A DNA stretch of 40,062 nucleotides from Dehalococcoidia bacterium (lineage in GTDB: Bacteria > Chloroflexota > Dehalococcoidia > DSTF01 > JALHUB01): positions 1 through 40,062 of the forward strand of contig JALHUB010000122.1 in assembly GCA_022865685.1 (NCBI GenBank), given 5' to 3'. The notes under the pieces were generated by a model. The model had not been told where the DNA came from and searched no databases. It worked only from the letters and a program-made list of their open reading frames with translations. Position numbers and translations under genes: made by a program. Of this stretch, positions 34,921-40,062 are shown in pieces. Numbering within the stretch: the stretch's first letter is position 1; the number at the start of each line of letters is the position of its first letter.

Positions 34921-36012
34921 CTAAGGGATTCGCACCCGGCTGAAGTCGCCGAGCACGAGGGTGCAGCTCCGCGGCTTGCCGTCGGCGCCTCGCAGGTCGA
35001 CGTTGCGGCCGATGAGGCTGTCCTGGATGCGCGTCCCGATGCCGCTAATCACCGTGTTCTCCATGACCACGCTCTGCTCTATCTCCGCATCTTGCACCAG
35101 GCAGTCGTAGTAGATCGACGTGAACGGCCCGACGTATGAGTTGACGATCCGCGTCCTCTCGCCGATTATCGACGGCCCGCGGATGACGCTGTTCACCACC
35201 TCGCAGCCCTCCTGCAATACGACGCGCCCTTCGACGCGCGACGCCTCGTCGACCTTCCCGGCGCTCGCAGGCTCCAGGCCCTCGAGGATCGCGCGGTTGG
35301 CATCGAGGATGTCGTCCATCTTGCCGGTGTCGATCCAGCAGCCGCCGGCGACCTCGCAGCGCACGTCGTGCCCGTGGTCGACGAGGTACTGGATCGTGTC
35401 CGTTATCTCCAGCTCGCCCCGCGCCGACGGCTTGATGCCGTTCACCGCCTCGAAGACGGTGCGGTCGAACATGTAGATGCCGATCACTGCCAGGTTCGAC
35501 GGCGGCTCCTTCGGCTTCTCGACGACGCGCAGCAGCCGGCCGTCGCGCAGCTCCGCCACGCCGAAGTCCTGCGGGTTCTTGACCGGGTAGAGCAGTATCT
35601 GGCCCGCGGGCTGCGGGTTCTGGCGGCAGAACTGGTCGACGAACGGGCGAATGCCCTCGCGCAGGAAGTTGTCGCCGAGAAAGAGCACGAACGGGTCCTC
35701 GTCGAGGAACCCCTGCGCGATCTTGACGGCGTGGGCGATGCCGCGCGGCGCGTCCTGCTCGATGTAAGTGACGCTGACGCCGAATCGACTGCCGTCGCCG
35801 ACGGCGGCCATCACCTGCTCCTTCGTGTCGCCGACGACGATGCCGATGTCGCGCACGCCGCACTCGACGAGGTTCTCGATGGCGTAGAAGAGGATCGGTT
35901 TGTTGGCGATGGGGACGAGTTGCTTGGCGCCCGTGTAGGTGAAGGGACGCAGCCGGCTGCCCTGGCCGCCGCTGAGGATCAGCCCCTTTAGGTTGAACGG
36001 CAGGTCCGCCAT
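34921..36012 (-). CDS. rfbA: glucose-1-phosphate thymidylyltransferase, long form with a C-terminal left-handed beta-helix
   Basis: KGLILSGGQGSRLRPFTYTGAKQLVPI is the nucleotidyltransferase signature. I chose the ATG at 36012 because CAGGAG lies upstream and a candidate promoter lies inside the longer track ORF. Confidence 0.85.
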   Translation of the reverse strand: MADLPFNLKGLILSGGQGSRLRPFTYTGAKQLVPIANKPILFYAIENLVECGVRDIGIVVGDTKEQVMAAVGDGSRFGVSVTYIEQDAPRGIAHAVKIAQGFLDEDPFVLFLGDNFLREGIRPFVDQFCRQNPQPAGQILLYPVKNPQDFGVAELRDGRLLRVVEKPKEPPSNLAVIGIYMFDRTVFEAVNGIKPSARGELEITDTIQYLVDHGHDVRCEVAGGCWIDTGKMDDILDANRAILEGLEPASAGKVDEASRVEGRVVLQEGCEVVNSVIRGPSIIGERTRIVNSYVGPFTSIYYDCLVQDAEIEQSVVMENTVISGIGTRIQDSLIGRNVDLRGADGKPRSCTLVLGDFSRVRIP

Positions 36013-36057
36013 CTGCGACGCGACTCCTGTCTGTGAAGGGAGGACTGAGTTGCGCTT

Positions 36058-36086
36058 ATTGTAGTCCGACTCCAATCGGTCGGCAA
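36058..36086 (-). promoter_or_regulatory. candidate promoter of the rml/glycosyltransferase operon
   Basis: The minus strand reads TTGCCG (36086..36081), a 17-nt spacer, then TACAAT (36063..36058). Confidence 0.4.
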
Positions 36087-36304
36087 CTTCGGCGGAACCC
36101 TACGTCGAGCGCTGGTTCCCCCGAAAGCGGAGCGGCAAGCGGTGCCACGACATTCGCCGCGCAGACCGTTTCCCACGATCTCATTCGATGAGTAAGAGAT
36201 ACCACTATCGCCTGACGATGTCGGTGGCACGATGAAGCGGGCAGTCGCTCCGAGACACGCAGGATCACGGCTGGACCGTCGGGCCGCTCGGTCATTCCTG
36301 CCTC

Positions 36305-36682
36305 CTACGATTCTTCTCGCAAGCGAACCCTTGCCGGGGGCCCAACGTCGACGTCAACGATGCCGGCGTGAGCTAGGAGGCTTGTCACGTAATTGGCGAT
36401 ATCCCTCTTGATCCAGGATTTCAGGTACTCGTCCAGCGTTCCTGGGTCGCCTTCGACGCGTCTTGAACCGCCTATCGTGACCCACCCCTTGTTGCGCAGG
36501 AAGCCAGGGATGCCCTCGAGACAGGCCCACGACAAACGAGTGTAGGCCCGCTTTGTGCCTAGGAGCAGGATCACTCCGGCGTTATCGAGATCTCTGACCA
36601 CAAACGGTGCGCGTTTGGCGAATGTCCGGAGAGTTACCGCCGATTTGATGTGGGTCCGCACCCGTTGTTCTACAGTGCCCAT
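36305..36682 (-). CDS. small hypothetical protein (125 aa), third gene of the GIY-YIG operon
   Basis: TAGGAGGGTG lies 6 nt upstream of the ATG at 36682. The longer track ORF would overlap the lipoprotein gene. No family was recognised. Confidence 0.6.
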   Translation of the reverse strand: MGTVEQRVRTHIKSAVTLRTFAKRAPFVVRDLDNAGVILLLGTKRAYTRLSWACLEGIPGFLRNKGWVTIGGSRRVEGDPGTLDEYLKSWIKRDIANYVTSLLAHAGIVDVDVGPPARVRLREES

Positions 36683-36728
36683 TTGGCACCCTCCTAGTGT
36701 CCTCAAGCGCTTGCTCTTGGGTGTTGAA

Positions 36729-37163
36729 TCAGGGGTTCCCAAGCGCCAACGCCAGCGTCCAGTTATTGGATTCCATGTCGCCCTTCGAGTACGACATAGC
36801 ACCCCGATGACTTACCTCGATCGAATAGAAGTCCGAGTCAGGGACGCCTTCGATGTCAAAGCTCAATGAGCAGGCCGGGCCAACGTAAAACTTTCCAATT
36901 CCGCTATTAAGGCGGCCGGTTGCAATAGTGTTTCCCTCGCCGTTCTTGACTACGACTTGTGTGCCGGCCTCCATGTCGGAGTACCCACCGGCGCCGGAGC
37001 AAGGTTTGCCTAATTCTAAGTATGAATCTCTAGCTGGAACGGTCATCGTGCCGTGTACGGTGTGTGCCTGTGGCGTCGGCGTTGGCTTCGGCGTGGAACT
37101 TCCTATGCAGGCCAGCAGACCCACCGCCCCGGCTCCCAGCCCAACTAGTAGGACTCGTCTCAC
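36729..37163 (-). CDS. hypothetical lipoprotein
   Basis: There is a signal peptide with a lipobox (MRRVLLVGLGAGAVGLLAC). GAGGAGGA lies 7 nt upstream of the GTG start. The mature part is beta-rich. Confidence 0.65.
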   Translation of the reverse strand: MRRVLLVGLGAGAVGLLACIGSSTPKPTPTPQAHTVHGTMTVPARDSYLELGKPCSGAGGYSDMEAGTQVVVKNGEGNTIATGRLNSGIGKFYVGPACSLSFDIEGVPDSDFYSIEVSHRGAMSYSKGDMESNNWTLALALGNP

Positions 37164-37241
37164 CGTCTATCCTCCTCGCCTATGATAGTCGCTGCACTGC
37201 GGCTGACCCCGCCAGCCATCCCTGGGCAAACTTGCGTCTTC

Positions 37242-38018
37242 TTACGCGATGATCCTGTATGTCCCCGGCCCTACGCGCTCGAAGTACGCATAGACGGGGT
37301 CGTGGTGATCTGGCGCGTTAACACAGCAGCGGGAGACGACATGGGTGCGGATCGTGGATTCGCGGTATGGGCTTCTGCCCGCTTTCATGTGTTCGATGAT
37401 CTCCCAAGGAGAAAACTCGTTCCTGCCCTTCGCCGCGGTTACTGCCTTGGCGGCACTAAGCACTTCTTCGTGACACACCATCTGATGACCTCCTTGGCCC
37501 ACTGCCGATGGCAGGGAACGAGACGAAACCAAACGCGCGATGGGATTGCCTCTCGAGCCGGGGCGCTGCCTGTTCCACTCGGGAGACAGTGTTTGGACCA
37601 GAGATGCTTCCAGTTCGTGCTGCCGCTCCGTCTCGTGGAAAAGCAGTCCCACAGTCGTACCACGCCTGACGGTCTCGAGGACTAGGTTGGTGATTCGACA
37701 ATTCGTCTGTTGTCCTCCTGAGTAGCAGTTGCGGGGCGAGATCAAGCCGTATCCCTGGTTTAACCGCTTGCCCAGGCTATCGCAGCGGCCCACGTATTTC
37801 GGAACACTGTCCGCGAGGAATATGTACACGCCACCGCTGCCGTTCCACGTTGAAGGAATCGAGAAGCGGCAAAATGGCCCAGCACCATAGGCATGGAATG
37901 GGCGGCCTTCCCGGTTTGCATAGCGAGACTGGGGCATGAACTCTCTGAGCCGTCCGTGGGCGTCCGTTTGGGGGCTAATCTGGCCCAGGTATTCGAATCG
38001 GTGTCCCGCGAATTCCAT
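37242..38018 (-). CDS. GIY-YIG nuclease-domain protein with a C-terminal winged-helix-like domain
   Basis: The sequence GVYIFLADSVPKYVGRCDSLGKRLNQGYG ... NCRITNLV ... HELEASLVQTLSPEWN contains the GIY, YVG, Arg, Asn and Glu positions of the GIY-YIG fold. The C-terminus FSPWEIIEHMKA...TIRTHVVSRCC...YFERVGPGTYRI resembles DNA-binding modules of restriction proteins. Confidence 0.75.
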   Translation of the reverse strand: MEFAGHRFEYLGQISPQTDAHGRLREFMPQSRYANREGRPFHAYGAGPFCRFSIPSTWNGSGGVYIFLADSVPKYVGRCDSLGKRLNQGYGLISPRNCYSGGQQTNCRITNLVLETVRRGTTVGLLFHETERQHELEASLVQTLSPEWNRQRPGSRGNPIARLVSSRSLPSAVGQGGHQMVCHEEVLSAAKAVTAAKGRNEFSPWEIIEHMKAGRSPYRESTIRTHVVSRCCVNAPDHHDPVYAYFERVGPGTYRIIA

Positions 38019-38061
38019 GGTCGTGCCCTATCCTCCTCAGCAGCGACCTATCAGTGCGGGG

Positions 38062-38089
38062 ATTATACCACTGCTCCCGGGCTTCTCAA
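38062..38089 (-). promoter_or_regulatory. near-consensus sigma70 promoter of the GIY-YIG operon
   Basis: The minus strand reads TTGAGA (38089..38084), a 16-nt spacer, then TATAAT (38067..38062) with an extended -10 TGg. Confidence 0.55.
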
Positions 38090-38174
38090 GAGATGTAGCA
38101 CGCGAGTTCCCGCCATCAGGATCGTGCGAAACGGGCTACCCGCTGCAGCGGCCCTGCCGGGGTGTCACTTCCCC

Positions 38175-38204
38175 CTGACAGACCGCGCGCGACGACGCTA
38201 CAAT
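38175..38204 (+). promoter_or_regulatory. promoter placed for a leaderless transcript of the 38212 gene
   Basis: CTGACA (38175..38180), an 18-nt spacer, then TACAAT (38199..38204). The ATG at 38212 lies 7 nt after the -10 and has no SD. Confidence 0.45.
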
Positions 38205-38211
38205 CGACGGC

Positions 38212-39198
38212 ATGCTCTCCGGCAAATGGATATGGATCTGGAACTGGCGACGCTGCCTCGATGGCAACCCCATCGCCGTCGCGCGCAGACTGAACGACGC
38301 CGGCTGCTGTGGCGCCTTCGTCAAGAGCGACGACGGCGGCCACCCCTTCGACCAGGGGCGTCCCGTCTGCGAGATCGTCCAGGCGTTGCAGGAGGAGGGC
38401 CTGCTCGCCGGCCTCTGGGGCTACGTCTACGGCTGCGACGCCCCGACCGTCATCTACGGCGACCTCAAGCGCACAGCGACGGAGGAGGCCGCCATGGCCG
38501 CCCGCTTCATCACGGAGAAACCGTCGCCCTCATATCGCGGCCCCGACGCCTACGTCATCGACGTCGAAGCCGAGTACGAGCGCCGGCCGTCCGACCCGTC
38601 CGCCACCGCCGAGCGCTACCTCAGCGCCGTCCGTGCCGCCGCAGGCCCCGACTTCCCGCTGCTCTACGCGCCGCTGCCTCAGCCGGACTACCACCGCGCG
38701 CTGCCCTATCGCGTCTTCAACCGCTGCTGCCGGGGGGTCATGCCGCAGGCCTACCACAACGCCATGCAGGTCTCGCCGGAGCGGGCCATCGCACTCTGCT
38801 ACGACGCCTTCGCCGCTGAAGGACTGCTCGACGTCCCGATCGCGCCCGTTGGCGGCGCCTACGGCTCCGTCACGCCCGACGAGCTGGCCCGCTGGGCCGC
38901 GGCCGCCATCGAACGCGGCGCGACGATGCTCTCCTGGTGGAGCTTCGAGCACATCGAGAACGAGCGCCCGCAGCTCTGGGACGCCATCGCGCGCGTCGAC
39001 CTCCCTCGAAAGGACGATACCGACGTGGACGAAGAGACGAAGAAGACCGCCGCCGCCAGCGCCTTTCGCCAGCGCATCGCCGGGCTCATCCTCAGCGGCG
39101 ACCCCGATCTGGCGGAGCGCGCCTACCGTGAGTTGCAGTACGTGCGCGCCGTCGCCGGCCTCCCCTTGATTGGGACCAACCAATCAGACAATCGGTAA
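38212..39198 (+). CDS. hypothetical (beta/alpha)8-barrel, glycoside-hydrolase-like protein with a charged C-terminal tail
   Basis: Hydrophobic beta-strands alternate through the protein (KWIWIWNW, GAFVKSDD, GLWGYVYG, AYVIDVEAEYE, PLLYAPL, GVMPQAY, PIAPVGGAY, TMLSWWSFE), which suggests a TIM barrel with acidic residues after strand 4. The family assignment is not certain. Confidence 0.55.
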   Translation: MLSGKWIWIWNWRRCLDGNPIAVARRLNDAGCCGAFVKSDDGGHPFDQGRPVCEIVQALQEEGLLAGLWGYVYGCDAPTVIYGDLKRTATEEAAMAARFITEKPSPSYRGPDAYVIDVEAEYERRPSDPSATAERYLSAVRAAAGPDFPLLYAPLPQPDYHRALPYRVFNRCCRGVMPQAYHNAMQVSPERAIALCYDAFAAEGLLDVPIAPVGGAYGSVTPDELARWAAAAIERGATMLSWWSFEHIENERPQLWDAIARVDLPRKDDTDVDEETKKTAAASAFRQRIAGLILSGDPDLAERAYRELQYVRAVAGLPLIGTNQSDNR

Positions 39199-39281
39199 AG
39201 CCGGTTCGTGTGCGATCAGGCTCCTAGGATCAGCTGTGGATGCCTGCTCTGACGCTACAACCTTCGTATCTTTCTGAGAAG

Positions 39282-39301
39282 CTGAGGGATTCATCCCTCA
39301 G
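39282..39301 (+). terminator. perfect 8-bp hairpin downstream of the 38212..39198 gene
   Basis: CTGAGGGA-ttca-TCCCTCAG lies in an A/T-rich stretch 84 nt after the stop. There is no U-tract. Confidence 0.3.
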
Positions 39302-39670
39302 GACTGAAAACCGCTAACAAACGACCAGCCTCATAGAATCATTGCTCTCGTCATGTAGTGGCGCGCCCTCGCTGGCCTCCCGCCCGTCAACGACGCCCTC
39401 CTAACATCAAGCGCTCGGTCTCCGGCTCAGGCAATCGAATGACTCCCGGGAGCACAGCCTGCGCTTCCGCGACTACGGTGCTAGGGCGGGGTGTGGGATC
39501 GAGGTCATGCGCTAGCGGAAGTCGAAGGCCCGCCTTGGGAGGGCGGCAGCGAGACGGTGCAGGCGTGCCTGCCTAGACTCGCCGCGTCCCGCGCCTGTAA
39601 GATACGGGATGCGGCTTCCCCGCGCCCAACTTCGTCATCCCTCCGCGGCGCGCAGCCCGGGAGCAACTCG

Positions 39671-40062
39671 ATGAAGATCGCTTTCATCATGTACCAGGGG
39701 AACATGTTCTCCGGCGGGCAGGGAATCTACACCTACTACCTCACCCGCGAGCTCGCCCGCCTGGGCCACGAGGTGCACGTCATCGCCGGGCCGCCGTTCC
39801 CTGAGACCGACGAATCGGTCATCTGTCACAACGTCAAGACCGAGAGCTACTGGAGCCTCTACCACAACCGCGGCGAGTTCCTCCACCAGCGACACCCACT
39901 CTCGCACTTCCATCCCGTCAACTTCTTCGAGTTCTACTCCACGCGCATCGCCATCTCGTCGCTGCTCCTCACCTTCAGCATGCGCGCCTTCATCAAGATC
40001 AAGGAGATTGCGCCGGAGACGCGGTTCGACGTCGTCCACGACAACCAGACCCTCAGCTACCC
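39671..40062 (+). CDS. family 4 glycosyltransferase, N-terminal part (gene runs off the right edge of the window)
   Basis: The ORF is open-ended, so it is absent from the track. It reads MKIAFIMYQGNMFSGGQGIYTYYLTRELARLGHEVHVIAGPP..., a typical GT-B/GT4 N-domain. Confidence 0.75.
   Translation, partial: MKIAFIMYQGNMFSGGQGIYTYYLTRELARLGHEVHVIAGPPFPETDESVICHNVKTESYWSLYHNRGEFLHQRHPLSHFHPVNFFEFYSTRIAISSLLLTFSMRAFIKIKEIAPETRFDVVHDNQTLSY

Noticed and set aside
39199-39670. A 470-bp intergenic region before the terminal GT4 gene. I examined it for an ncRNA or a promoter (TAGACT-18-TAAGAT).
   Set aside because: I recognised no conserved RNA motif, and the promoter match is weak. Only the hairpin at 39282..39301 is reported.
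1-40062. A window-wide search for CRISPR arrays, IS elements, transposases, integrases and rRNA.
   Set aside because: I saw no regularly spaced direct repeats, no terminal inverted repeats flanking ORFs, no recombinase or transposase-like translations, and no rRNA-like sequence.

Overview
This is a high-GC (roughly two-thirds G+C by eye) bacterial chromosomal segment. It is densely coded and mostly housekeeping. The T-box leader, apparently leaderless genes, and GYD and DUF1786 genes fit a Chloroflexota-like or other Terrabacteria genome, but that is inference only.

Core genes:
- sucC (partial), serS, lysS, greA, htrA, rsmD, coaD, leuS, rsmG, citrate synthase, nadE, nagA and a family III CoA-transferase.
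- tRNA-Ser(TGA) and tRNA-Ala(GGC).
- A cell-envelope glycan cluster: a WecA/MraY-like initiating transferase, GT2, GT4, GT2, rmlD, rmlB and a long-form rmlA, with a further GT4 gene at the right edge.

I found no CRISPR array, integrase, transposase or IS element.

Five short stretches look visibly A/T-richer than their flanks and carry orphan or nuclease-type genes: about 670-2620, 13660-14710, 28830-29860, 36080-38200 and 39200-39350.

The candidates I consider most worth follow-up are:
1. A tRNA-Ala-derived tRNA-like gene (17903-17976). It keeps G3:U70 but has a shortened anticodon arm. It sits directly upstream of a clear Leu (CUC) T-box leader that controls an unusual mgtC-leuS-DUF4145 gene string.
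2. A three-gene operon with its own promoter, encoding a GIY-YIG nuclease, a lipoprotein and a small unknown protein (36305-38089).
3. A DUF4145 zinc-ribbon protein coupled to leuS and facing a second orphan zinc-ribbon gene (13743-14714).
4. A CsrA-like protein with an internal beta-hairpin duplication (2055-2408).
5. A DUF2726 nuclease-fold gene wedged into the glycan cluster.
6. A GreA paralogue fused to a recombinase core-binding-like domain.

All functional calls come from reading the translated ORFs and the nucleotide motifs. No database search was run.
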